A stretch of 64,000 nt of DNA from Dimorphilus gyrociliatus. Taxonomy: Eukaryota; Animalia; Annelida. Position 1 is the stretch's first letter. Every line of letters begins with the position of its first letter. Of this stretch, positions 1-13,800 are shown piece by piece. The translations under genes and the position numbers were made by a program. The DNA lies in the NCBI GenBank assembly GCA_904063045.1, contig CAJFCJ010000004.1:2411713-2475712 (forward strand), read 5' to 3'. Under the pieces are notes generated by a model, which worked only from the letters and a program-made list of their open reading frames with translations, searched no databases and had not been told where the DNA came from.

Positions 1-3000
1 TACTTACTTAAGAAATTTCATCTTATTTTGCAAGCCAGCCATATTTAATGACAAATGGAATTTTCTAGTTTGCCAATTACGTATTAAACGTTTGAGGATC
101 ATTAAAAAATATCTGCAATTAAAAATGATATATCGATAAATTTTACCATTTGTCGCTCACTAAATTTCTATTATTTTCCCATTTACCATTCAGGCAACAC
201 GTGCCTGATAGAAATTAATCGGATAATTGTTTAAAACTATACAATTTACATAAATATACAAATAGATAGGATAGTAGGTTTTCTATAAATGTTTTTACCC
301 TATTCTTTATTTAGTGTTCAATTCTGTTCAAGCCTTTTTGTTTTTTTTTGCCCGGCTTCTTTTCATGTTTTACATCTAAACAACGATACGGAAAATTTTA
401 ATTTAGTTTAATGTTAACACTCTAGATGGCGTTACTATGCTTCCTTTTTTATCTATTCCTCGGCTGAATAATGATTTTAGTTGGATTAAAAAAACTTTTG
501 TATCCGCTTAAAAAGAAAAAAGGGAGTTTAGGGCTTTTTATTATATTAAAACGTTTAAGAAAATAATTACTATTTATAGGTAAAAAGAAAAAACAGTGAA
601 CTTGTTGCTTACTTAACAAAGAGAGGGTCAGAAAATGGAGAACGTTAAAGGATAGTATTACTAAACAGTTTGCCCTAGAATTTACCTTATTCTCAAATGT
701 TTGCCTGATGTTTAGCATCTTATGTTACTTTCACATTAACACAGACATCGTTACTAATTTTATTACTCTATTATACAAATTATTAGGCTGTTGGTTCGTA
801 TTTAGGTTTACTTGTTAAAAGTCGGTCGATTCAACTAAATTAGAAATTATATTGTAGTCAATAAGTAATTAGAAATAAACGAAATGAACAAATGAAAGAA
901 TGAATGAACGAATGAATGAATAAAAAAGTATAGAAAGAGTAATTGAAAAGAGTAAAAGTTGAAAAATAGAGAAAAACCCTTCAATATTTAATCTTTATTA
1001 AGTCGACATCCAGATGAGATTTTTTATGTTATATTTTATTCATCAATTTATAAATGTATGAGAAGAAACTATATATTAGATTATTATGGAATAAAAGAGA
1101 GCATTACGTAATATATATATCTATATATATATATGAATTTTACGATTGGCAGGCTACTTACCTATCAATAAACTTTCGGTACGTAAAAATAAATATATGC
1201 AAGTGTTAAATCGCTCTCACTTATGTTCCCTTTTATTAGTTTTCATTATATAATTAGGAAAACATTAAAGCTAAAAGCATCATAAATAATACCGTCACCT
1301 TACTCCTTTGATAATAAGTATATTTCCTTTTTTCCCTTTGTCTTTTATAATTTTTAGTTGTTTTAAGCTTAGTTATCTTCGGAATACTGTATCTCTCTCT
1401 CTCCCTAGCTCGCCCTATGTCTTTTGACACTTCACGATACCCCCCGCTTACATCCCCTCTGTCTTTCTCTCCTCTCGCTCCCACTCGTCCACACACACAC
1501 ACACACTTGACACCAACATACACTTTCTCTCTTTTTGTTACTCTCTTGCCATTCTTCAAACTGACTATAGAGACAATCGAGAAAATTACTCTTGAACGAA
1601 AAAGCACGAATTTGACTCTAGATTAAAATAATACCCAAATTACCGGTTGCTTAATTGGAATTGTGACGTCATCAATATAGAGCCTAATTGACAAGCAGAT
1701 GCGTGATTTGCGTCGCTCATTTGCGCCTCTCAGTGCTCTTCTTTTGATGCATAATTTACAAAGAACGAATGCCAATTTTCATAGGATTCGATTTAGTGCT
1801 CGCTTGCATTATTTTGTCAGAACAGATGCAAAACTCCTAGTACATTCTTCGACGTCTAAACATTTCCGGTTAATTAGTATTTGGCATTTATGAAAAGGAA
1901 GGCGTCTTTCATTCAAGTGCACACTTGCATAATTCTTTATTGTCGTATCGTTAGATGTTACCTTTAAAAGGAAAAGATAAAAAGAATATTGCCTGACAGT
2001 TGGAATCTTGTTACGATATTTCCTAGAACTTATTCTGCAAGTTGAACGACTAATCTTATTTTTCTAATTGATTCCTTATTTAGTTAATAGCTGTAAAATA
2101 TTTGACAAACATGCCTAGCTCGGGTCCTTGACTAGAGAAGTAAACACGATGGGCAAACAAAGGAAAAACAACTTCTCCCTCTGTTTACTAAATATAGTAG
2201 TTCCTGAAAGTTATAATGACAAGTAGGTTTATACATTGTTACGTATTGTGTTCATACTTCCTATACAAACTGAGTGCTATACTACTAAAACGGTACCTAA
2301 ACATTATGTACATATATAGATGTCTACTCGTTGTGAATAAGTATAAACAATGTATATTTATGCAAAATTTGATAACATCCGCGACAAAGTAGAAAATCAC
2401 TCTACATCCTTGCTAATGCATAAAAGATTATTTATACAGTACACAATAGGCCTTATGGATCGCTTACAGCAAAATTGTTTGCAGATCGAATTTGATTGAT
2501 CGGTATATTTCAGTCGCTTGCTAAAAACAAATGCTTGACCCGAAACATATACTGCACACCGAACTGCCTGTGTTTGATTGATATAAATAGGGCAGTACCA
2601 TTAACGACCGTATTTTACCACTGCAAAACATTGATTAGGCTTGGAAAGAAGGAAATTAGAAATAATTTGCAGTATGGCAGTTGAGCTACGAGAGAATATT
2701 GAATTCTCCATGGAATTTCTAGAGCCTTCCTAATCTTTGACGTCTGGTAACGCCTTAATAAGCGTTCCTCATCGATCGTCTTCTAGAGCCATATTGAAGA
2801 ACACGTTCGTTAAGGGGCAAAGGTGACGACCTTGATAGAGCATTGAGCTGGTCACGAGCCGAAATACCAAAGAGGAAAACAATCTATTTCTTATGCTAAT
2901 TAGTTTCGGTATTCTTCTTTCAAGATGAAACCGATATCCTAAGTGTATAGATAATCTTTACGGGAAAGAATAAAGATAAGTGTTCTTTTCCTTTTATTGT

Positions 3001-6000
3001 TTTACTTGACCAAGTCACATTCTTTTCTCGATGAAATAATCAATCTAAAATGCAATTTAGAGGTTATCTGTATACACGGAGGACGCCTAAATTCTCTTTT
3101 CGTAAATTTTTCTATTTGCTCCGTCGCAGCTCTTAATACCGACTCGTTTTACATTGCAGTAGCAGTTTGAACTCCCAATGGAAAACTTCTCAAGATTACA
3201 GTCATGAATATTGCGAAAATTCGGTTACGTCTTCTTTTCCAGTAATTTGCATACTTGTGAAAAGAAGAGTAAAAGGAAAAATTCCATAGTAAACCTGAAT
3301 CAACACCGTATGAGATTGTGTTATGCAAACACATATTTGGTTCTTCTGTAAATATCCTCTCTTCCCGGAGGATATACTTAGGCCTATCTGTTATATGTCA
3401 ATACCTTTGGGTGCAAGTTTGTTTTGCAGTGATAGCTTTTCGGTAAATGGTAATTAAACGTTTACAGAAGGCGTGAAAATGCAAAAATTCCATATATTCT
3501 CTTTTTATCTCCTTCTTTAATTTCCTGACTTTTTGTCTTTGATTCATCTTTGAAATTTGAAAGAGGAAAGAAAAATTCGTGTGATACTCAACTTCCTTCT
3601 CTAGTTAATTAACGTAATTCATGCGTACTTTAATAAGACGAGGCAAGGAAGAGAGGAAGCAGCAACCTAGTTATTAGGATTGTTAAAAGGGAAGTACAAC
3701 TAAGAAATATACTCATTAAGTATTTCGTCTCAGTGGGAAAGAAAGTTGCGAGCTCCAGCCATAAAACTCTATAAAAAGAATTGCCTCATTCTCTCACAAT
3801 GACAATATACTGTATTTCTCTGGCTAGTTTTCCAACAAATCCAATGAGTTTGGTGGTTGTTTAAAGAAAAAGGAATAGAAATTTAATAACACTTTACGAG
3901 AAAGCAATTTCCCTATAATTTTCCTTTCATCATTAGTCGTTCAATGCTTCGCTTGAATTCATTTAACAACGTTAAATGGAAGCAATTTGCTATTTCGTAT
4001 TTAAATTCAATTTTCATTCGGTATTATTTCTATTGTATGAAAAATATTCATAAGTATTCAAATATCTAATAAAGAAAACACTTTCTTTTCTTTTATTATT
4101 GAAAACAATAAGCTTCCCTCACCAATTACATATTTGCGTGCTTTTTTCAAATGTTTTATTTAAATAACAGTATAACAATCGCTTTTGAATACATTGCTTT
4201 TTTTTCTCCCTTCATGTATATATATATGTATTATCTGGCCAAATAGCGTAGAAATCGTAGACAATAATACTTGCTAAATATCCTGGAGCGGTAAACAGAA
4301 ACAATAACACACCTGGAATAACATTAAATAATTATTTTTAGGCCTTAATTCTATTTAGGGTCACAAATCGAGTTGATAAAAAAATACACCCTCTCTCTCT
4401 CTCTCTCTCTCTATCTCTTTTCCCGATGGTTCACCTAATTAATTTATCTATTACATAAAACTCTATTGAATTTTGGCCTATTTTATTTGTAGAGTAACAA
4501 TTGACGAATAAAAAAAAGTTACTAAGGGAAAGAAAAAACAACACGTGAAATTCGTAAAGTAAACTGTTACAGTTATGCAAACGACTGAAATGTAACTAAT
4601 GCATAGGCTTTTGAATAATTAAGGTCTCTATTGATTGCTAGCAGCCCAAGGACAAAAAGTCGTGTGTGTACATTGTAACGATCGAGTGATATCATAGATA
4701 CTTAAATACGGCTAAGCTTTGTCATTTCATCCAAAACTGTACCGCCCACTTCTTATTTTATGAATGAACGACGAGTGTTTAGAAAAAATACATGTTGTAT
4801 TAAATAACAAATGCAAACGAAGATTCATGAATATTTTAACAATCTACTAGAAAATGAGGCTACAAAATTGTAGGCCTACGTAAAGATACTTTTAGAAAAT
4901 TGTTTATCAATAGTGAGTTTTGAAGGACTGGAAATTATTTATTAACTATTTTTATACACAGCTGCATTTATTGTTGGCTAACAAAGGCACGTAGGTTGGT
5001 TTACAGCATTGTACTATGCAAATGAGCTTGGGGTTTGTAAACAGAAAACCTGCTTCTGTTCTCAATGGTGAAGGCCAGCCTACGAGATAGAAATACAAAC
5101 TGTTGTTTGTCACGATATATTCTGTCAGCGAGAACTATAAGGGTGAATGTGGGAAACGAGTTAACTGTAATAGTAGAAAAATACAATAAAGAGGAGGAGG
5201 AGTAAAAGGAGGCGGAAAGGGTGGTGGAGCGGGCGTAAATCTGTAAAACATTAATCAACTGATCAAAGTAAATAGTGGTATCGGCTGTTTTTGGCACGTC
5301 ATTAAGAATTCGGATGTCTTCGAATTTTAAAAAAGGCATTTGTATATACAAACACGTTTAAGAGTCGCATAAAGAGAGGCATTTTTCGAATCCATTTGTT
5401 TCCCTTTGGACTATGAATAGTATATAAAACAGCGGTAGTTGCCGATAAACAAGTTAGGTTGTCTGGAAAAGCTGTTACACTTTCCAAATGACAAAATAAT
5501 TACAATAAAAGCAAGGCGGCAATTACAAACAACTGTTCCAACAGCCTATCTGCCCTTTACCTCGGAACGTGACGAACGCGCGTGCAGGAGCACTTAAGAA
5601 GTCGCTGTGATCGATTCTTATTGCAGTGTTTTTGCAGTAAAAATACTCTAGGAAACAATGAACACTATTCAATAAGGAAAATAGTAGAGTTTATTGGCAA
5701 AACGATCGTAATTCCATATTTCCTCCTCCTAATCAGTCGAACAACTAATAAAAAGCTTAATTACATACGCTGAAAATAAATTATCATTAACTCTGTAACG
5801 TTTAATGACGTAACTGTCAACTCTTGTTAAGACTCTTCAGACAGTTTACTCCGAATTAATTAAAAGTGATACGTTCTTTATTCGGCTGTGTCGATCTCCT
5901 TTGGAGATAGCGTGTGTACAGCCTTAAAAGTAAACTTTTCAAGTTCTACCTTCCTTTACGTCATGTTTCATTAATTTTTTATAGATTTACCTTAATTTCC

Positions 6001-6164
6001 ACCTGTACTCGTGGGAAAACCTCTACAAAAAAAGTGACGTCTAATCAATGCCGTTATTAGACGGTGCTTTCGAACTTGTAATACAATTTTTTTTCTTCGC
6101 TATTGTCTCCTACTCCTTCCCTTTAAGTAGACGAACAGATGTAATTTTCATATTGGTTGCTTTA

Positions 6165-6222
6165 GTCGCCCTAGCAACGAATAACACCTGTTTAAACTAG
6201 GTGGCGTTGTTTTCGCGCCAAA
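6165..6222 (+). promoter_or_regulatory. Proximal promoter motif cluster upstream of the LHFPL gene: RFX X-box, CTCF-like motif, double E2F site
   Basis: GTCGCCCTAGCAAC (6165-6178) fits the X-box consensus GTNRCC-N(0-3)-RGYAAC. AACTAGGTGGCGTTG lies at 6195-6209. TTTCGCGCCAAA (6211-6222) is the classic overlapping E2F site. All are within 75 nt of ATG 6239. Motif matches only. Confidence 0.45.
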
Positions 6223-6238
6223 TTGTCAGTCGACTGCA

Positions 6239-7494
6239 ATGTTCCGCAACGATATATTGTGGACAAACCGAAAACAAGCGACTCTTGATCAACACGTGGT
6301 TATTTACGAAGAAAACAATTATGACTGCAAACCAAACTGTTATCATTTTTATATTCTAGTGTCATTACGAAGTCTACTTTGGACTTTTCTTTCTATATCG
6401 GCCGCTATCTTGGTGGTTTCTTCAACGCTCACACCAGATTGGCTAATAGCTCCTCCGTCAGCTCTTTCCGTTGGCAGTAATACTTCCGGATCCAAAACCG
6501 TATGGAAAAGGCAAACAATAGGACTAATTTTCCAGTGTTCTGCTAAAGTTCAATTCGATAAATTGTTGGAAATTTGTAAACCTGTACACGCCAACGTAAA
6601 TTGGGCATGGAAATCTTGTATCCTGCTTTTAGGAGCTAGTTCCCTACTTTTAACCGTTACGGCAATATCGTCTGTAATTTCAATCTGCGTGAAGAGCATA
6701 TGTAGAAAGAGCATTTTTACATTGACTGGTTTGGTGCAGAGCATTGCGGGTAAGAAATGCTTTTTGCCTTTAAAAAAAGAATTATGTAAATTAATATGAA
6801 GATGTATGCAAAGCACGGAATTCTTTAGGTTGCAGCTGCTGCAGATTTTGATAAGGTTATTTTTTTATGGTTTTATCTTTCACTTCCCTTAAACCAGGAG
6901 GAAATCCATGAATTTGTTATTATAAACTAATGAGAAATATCTCCAACATCTTGTAGTACCTTCACTCTTATTTGCCAAGTGTTATTCTATAATTTTAATC
7001 TAATCTCCCGTAATTTCATGCCAATTGAACCGTGCGAAAATCACATGAGTCTTTCAATGTTCAAAATAACTCAATTTAGTCCTACTGCGAAACCGTCAAA
7101 TAACGAAATTAAGTAGTGCGTCCAATTCCGTAACAATGTTTCATTACTCGGAATGTTTTAAGCGCCATCTTCTGTTTTAAGTCCATTTAGATAAGTCTTA
7201 TTAAATTTCAATTTTGTGTTGTTTGTCTTTAAAATAGGTTTGCTTCTCGTGGTTGGTATTGTTCTTTTTCCGGCTGGCTGGGGAAGCGATGCCAATACAA
7301 AGATATGCGGGGACGGCGTATCTCCGTTTTACGTTGGAGCTTGTCAACTAGGATGGGCATCATATGCCATTGGTTTAGCTACAATAATTATATTTGGTGC
7401 CGCCGCCTTATCGATGTATGCCGATAGCTCTACAAGTACAGATCAAGCTGAAAGGGAAATACTAAATGGACATAGATGTATTTGCTTAATCTAG
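6239..7494 (+). CDS. LHFPL: LHFPL/TMHS-family tetraspan membrane protein (LHFPL2-like), 2 exons: 6239-6749, 7238-7494
   Basis: RSLLWTFLS...DWLI, ICRKSIFTLTGLVQSIAG|GLLLVVGIVLFPAGWG, CQLGWA and C-terminal EILNGHRCICLI match LHFPL family motifs. The GT-AG phase-1 intron joins in frame. Start codon is uncertain (about 40 extra N-terminal aa). Confidence 0.9.
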
Positions 7495-7728
7495 CTGGGG
7501 AAAAGAAACTAGCGCATTACTATATCTTATCTACTTAGTGAAATTTTGAATATCTATTTTTCCATTTTATACGAGAAAGAAAAAGCTAATTAGAAAGGAA
7601 AAAAAACTCTGACATTTTTTTATATCAAAAGGAAAAAAAGAAAAGAAAGGAAAAAAAATTTCGTATATCTTAGATGGATCAGAAGTGCCAGAAGGATTTC
7701 TCGTTTTCCTCCACTTCTCATCTATCTC

Positions 7729-7825
7729 CTCTCTCTCTCTCGCTCTCTCATTGATATACATATACATATACAGTATATATATATATATACACACGCACAC
7801 GCACACACACACACACTCCTCTCTC

Positions 7826-7865
<40 letters not shown>
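7729..7865. repeat. Compound microsatellite (CT)n-(AT)n-(CA)n-(CT)n in the likely LHFPL 3' UTR
   Basis: Directly visible dinucleotide runs. Confidence 0.95.
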
Positions 7866-7870
<5 letters not shown>

Positions 7871-10800
7871 CCCCTTTTTTTTATTCTTATTTCTTTTTGC
7901 AATGATTACTGTAAAGGAATAACAAGAGAATCTGTCCTATGATAAAAAAAAAACAAAAAGAAAGCTAATTATCTATGCAACTACAAATAAAGAAGAATTT
8001 TGCAGAATATAATTCACTAATCGATACGTGACTAAAATACAAGTTTACTATTTGAATAAAAACAAATAAACAAACAAGATAAAAACAAAACATAGGGGGC
8101 TTCTCTCTTTTTTTGTTTGATTTGGTTTAATTTGAGTTTTTATTCATAAATCGTTTTTGATTATTGTTTCAAAGTGTTTTTACTGAATATTTTGTTAATA
8201 TTTTTATCCTTAAGATTTGATTTAAAAACGTTGAATACGTGACAATTTTTCGTCAAAGCGATTATTATATTAATATATATTTATATATTGTTCAGTTTTT
8301 TTTTTGTTTTGTTTCTTTTTTTTTGTCTCTCTTTGTTTACGCTTCGCTTTGCAATAGTGAATTTCTATGCCAATAAACAAAAAGCTTATTGTTCCTCTTT
8401 TAGCAGAAGCTCATTTTTACAAATTACCCTTTCCCGCATTTCGACAGATGCCGCTATTTATTGTATAAAGAGCGCCCTCTTTCACTTCAAACACTACTTA
8501 ACAATGTTTCTTAACTTTCTATTTATTCTCATGTTTTTCAATAGGCTCGTTTTTTTTTCTAATAATGGTTTGTTGAATGTAAATTATTGATTAACAAGAT
8601 CCTAAATAGTTTACAAATATATACATATTATGTATAATTGATCTATGGTAAAGGCTGTTACATAGGACTATAAAAGATTCAAGCATATTTACAATTTCTA
8701 AAAAGTTTCTCCTCTTTTAGAATAATTTAATTATACGTGATTTTCCTCACTTCTAACCCTGTAAAGTGACCAATTTGCAAGTAAAATAGAAAGGCATCTG
8801 TCATAAATTGAACAATATAGATAATTTCTAGTCTTGTTAAAAGTCAATCTAAAAATAGATTGCATGAATTGCTTATTTATATATATTACTAAGATTAATC
8901 ATAATAACTATATATATATATATAGAATATATTTACCTATGAAGGAAATTTATGTATAGAATGCTATGGTAACGTACTTAACGCTTATTCCTATTCCACT
9001 CAATACTGCCATTCATTTCGAAAAACCGATATTCAACCTTTAAATAAATTTAATTATTAAGGCTAAACTTTTTGGTATGCTAATTATTTTAAAAATAACA
9101 AATAATAGATTTAATTCTAAAGCTTTCTCCCATCTCCCAATCGTTCGGCTTTTGTAATAGTTACATTTAAACAGTCTTAACAAACATATACGCCATACGG
9201 CATTCTCTGCTCGTTTTTGTTCAAAAATATATGTTCAATGTTTCACTATATTGAATGTACAACATGATAAATTGTATAGCTTAATGCATCTGACTTTCCC
9301 CTTCAAGAACTTCCTTTGTTGGTAGAGATTCGTTCTTCTGGTTCCTTCAGATTGACGACTACGCATTTATAGCTTAGAATTGATCCGAAAATTGCATGAC
9401 ACTGTAAAATTAGTCGATGTCCTTTGTCTGTGCAAAAAAAAGTCCTGCCCTCTTCGCTGCAAAGTTATTTCCTTATAATATCTTAGTAGCATTATTTTTG
9501 ATGAATAGAACTTGACCAATTTATTCTTGATATTTGTGGCAAACGTTTCCTTCTCTCTCTCTCTCTGTAAAATTATTCATTCTCGGATTCTATGTTAAGT
9601 AGAAATATCAACAAAATTTAATCTTTCTTTCCTTCTCCCTCTGCTTTGAATAAATAGATCCTTATCATAATCCTCCTAGGATAAGTCACGATACGTAACA
9701 AAAAGATCACATTTTGGCAGATTGAAACAGTTTTTTCAACTCAAAAAGTTCACATTCTAGATGATTTTAAAAGGCAACTAGTGACATCTGTCGGTTTTTG
9801 TATAATTCATTTTTCTTAAGGATAGTATAAATGAGAATATAGAGAAAGAAATATACAGAATTTCTGTAATAAGAAAACTATATGTTTAATGAGAAATATA
9901 AAATCAATAAATTTCAAAATGATTATAAAAAACATCGGTGTAGGAAGTAAATAAGTGAATAAAGAATGCTTGGTTTTACAATGTGGAAAAAGATCTAAAT
10001 GAAAAGATCATTAAGTAGCAATTTTTAACCAACATGATCACCAACAATGTCTTACTTCCCGCTTTTCAATCCACCAATATGTATTGCAGTGTTTATGCTG
10101 TCATTGATCTACCGCATTTAGTTAAAAATGCCAGATATTCTCCGCATAGATACAACTGTAAGAGTTATGATAGTGGAGTTGCTATGGTGGACTATTTCAA
10201 AGGCTTTCCAAGAAACTACTGGTTCAATCTACAGCTAATGTATCTGCTATGCTAAATCAAAGAAAAACTTTTAAAATTCCCAGTTGTTTGAGAGTACACT
10301 TTGTTTTCAGTAGGAATATTTTAACATGTTTAATTATGTAGATGATTTCATCAAATTTTTAGATATAGTACACTTTTGCTGATTTCGCAAGTTTTGCAGG
10401 CCATTTGCAGTAAAAGTTTATACGTTAAATGATAACGCATTTCTGTAGGGTGTAAGGTAACGTAGGATATTGTTTTACGTAAGTCGAGATTGAATATTGT
10501 TTATACAAATTCTTATATAAAGTCTTTTCGCAGAAAGAACGTTCAAATTATCAAGGATAAATTGTATCAATTTACATAGTATTATCAGAATTAGGTGGGT
10601 CTGATAGAGAATAAACTATGAACGAAAGGAAGAAGAACTAATAATAGTTGAACGTTCTTTTTTATATAACAATTATTTGCTGAAAAAAGGAAATTCATGT
10701 ATTAAGATTGGAGGAATAAATCAGGTGAGCAGATATCTCAGCAACAAAATGTATAATATAAACATAGAAGTCGTTGTTATATAATATAATATAAGGTATT

Positions 10801-13800
10801 TTACTCGGATTTACATAGTATAAACTGTATAAAGCATTAGTAATAGCATATGAACGAGAATAAACGACTATTTCACTGGTATTTCTTTATTATTAAATGA
10901 AAACTTTTCCTTTTAGTTTTTGAATAGCTCTTTTAAAAAACATGGCATCTAACATATTTTATACAAAATACTACCAAGAATACTTAATACAAAGTTCCAG
11001 CTCTCTAAACCATTTTAATGAATACTTAACTCATCTACAACAGCCGTTATCACTCGAAGATTGAAGTGTGTAATGGATTGTATGAAATTTTATATCAATA
11101 TAAGTTAACTGATTGTCAAAGTTGTCTTGCAAAACCTTTGTTTACTTGATATAGAAATGAAATAGTTATCATTTATAGTTATGCTATAGATTTATAGAAA
11201 AAGCTACAGTCTATAATAGATAAAGGTTTTAAAATAGAGATACAACTTGATACTAAAATCTCCATTTGAAATATTCACAAATCTCTTAGATTCTATATTT
11301 AGTACTAGTACTTTTTATTAAGTCAAAGCTAACGATATGATAGTATATTTTCTCTGAGGCCAACTTATTTCCCATGGAAAAGATAAATAAAAAGAAGGAT
11401 TTTGTATCAATTAATTATGCGCTCACGCACACTTTCAAGGAAATGTTATCGTTATAATCTATTGCAGTTTTTGCTGAAGAAAAGAAAGTTTTTAGACGGC
11501 TACCAATATATTATCATTTTATTAATAATACTGTAAAATTCTTATTTTCTTTCTTTTTTTAATTAGTTGATTGGTTTAAAAGGAAGTTCTAAGGGAAACA
11601 GCATAAGTTCAGTTAAGAATTGTGAACCAATTGAATAGCTTAATTGGTTGTTGAGTTAGAAGGTTGTTATTTTATTCAAAGGAGATCAATATACAATTAT
11701 TTATTAGTGCAGTAAGTATGCATAAGAATTAACAGCCTTTTTGAAAAAGATAAACAATTTTAATGCATGAACAATTGAGCTATTTAAGAATTATTACTCA
11801 TGTAGCAGAGAACTAATAGCGAAGAAATCATATTGAAAAGTGCTAAATGGTATATCTTGATGAAATATATGCAATTGTAAAGGAAGTACTTGGTACTACT
11901 GTAGGCTGATAACAATAAAGTAACAATTTATATACTTTAAGAGGAAGTAACCTCTTAGTCTCTTGCAAGTCTATTTAAAGATGTAAATGAAAAAGAATTC
12001 GTCGAAGCAGCGAACTATTTAAAGAAATTGTTGACAGTATTTTCTTCAATATGACGACATAAAACGAAAATATACTCAATTGTGACTAGAAACAAGGCGT
12101 TCATAAATTTTTGAGTTGAATTCTTATTGAATCAGTTTGAACAGAAATACGCAGAACTATAAAAGAATTAACATCCTAAGGAAGGAAGACTATTCAATAA
12201 CAAAGAGTTTCCGCTAAGATGTATAACTGCGATATGAAGTTTTTTCTTAAGGCAAACGCAATATCACGAAAAATAGGACGTCATTATATAATAGATCCAA
12301 ATATTTCTCAATCCCTAAATCTGATCTTATAGTTCCATTCAATAGGTTAAATATTGAATTCATTAAAATTCAAAAAAATAAAAGGAGGACAATAACTGGA
12401 GATAATTTTGACTTTTGAAATATTCAATAGTGACATCTATAGTTCTTGTAAAACTTTTCATATTTTTCGCAATAATGAGAAATATATATTAATGATGAGA
12501 TTAGCAAAAACTATATAAAGAAAAGAATATATAATTTTCCGGTTATGGGAGTAATGTTATTGTTTAGTGTTAGTTTAAGGATTAAGAGCTGAATAGCTTT
12601 TTATATATTTACATTATATTAGATATTTTCATAAATTATATGAATTGATGAATACTATATGTAAATAGTGTATTAAATTGTAATTGGTTTGTTGAAAGTT
12701 TAGCAAGAAACGTTTCACACCCTTCCTTTTTTCTTATATACATATACTGTATATTAGTATTTAAATTAGATATACAGTATATATAAGAAAGGACGATAAA
12801 TGAGGGAGAATTATTGGATTAAAAGAAAAAAAATTGATTAAGAAACTATAGAAGATTATATATTGTATAGAGGACTGAAGGGAAGATATATATATATGTA
12901 TGTTTTTTTGTGGTTTATTCTATTCTTTCTTCTTTTTATTCAATATGCCACACCTATGTTGATTACTAACTATACTATATTTTGTTTTAAACATTCAGCT
13001 ATTTTTTCTATTCTATAACATTTCCTAATAGAATATGAAAACATGGATAATACAGATAATTAATGGCTGGTAGAAAAGGTAAAACGCCAGTAGAAAAGAA
13101 TAAAATGGCGGGTTATATTTCTCCCTTTTTTTTCTGTACTTTTATTCAAGATATATCGCTGAAAAACAGAATTTCTAGTCAAAAGAATCAAAACACTAAA
13201 CTTATGGGACAATGCCAAAAAGTATTTGATAAGTATCTCTATAAATTTTCTTTTTTCTTCTTCTTCTTTACAATCTAATAATCAATTCTTTTATATATTA
13301 AGAAGAAAATATGTATATATAGTATATACTATTGTGCATGATATATCCTTCGACTGTTAAAGAATCCCTTAGACAGTTTCCTGATGATTCATAGAAATAA
13401 TTTAGAATACTTTGTTAAAGTGTTACTTAATTTAAAAAGTAAGGCTTTCTTATTACTTTCAAGGAAAACACGTAAACAGAAAGAATCGATTAATTTATAA
13501 AATACGAAGTATTCCCTTTACGAGTACTCACATATTCAATCTACGTCATCGTAAGATATGCTAATATATATTTCTCTCTCCTTCTCTATACAGTATACTC
13601 TACATATTCTAAATTACACTAATTATGAAGTCATTAGTCGTTCAAGACAACAAAGACTTATTTGAAATAAATTCCTATATTAAAAAATAAATGAATATTC
13701 ATTAAATAGAATTGGCAAATCATTTTCTCTTTCTTTTTAAATTAGAGCACTTTTTATTAAAATAATCTTTTCAAAAGGTTACATTGAATATAATACGATA

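Noticed and set aside
5001-5487. Minus-strand ORFs of 116 and 61 aa
   Set aside because: No recognisable motifs, non-ATG starts and partly low complexity.
7567-7942. ORFs spanning microsatellites (also 1254-1626, 18205-18480, 30064-30285, 59715-60009, 61196-61546)
   Set aside because: Open only because dinucleotide repeats lack stop codons.
10034-10255. 73-aa ORF
   Set aside because: No homology cues or linked exons.
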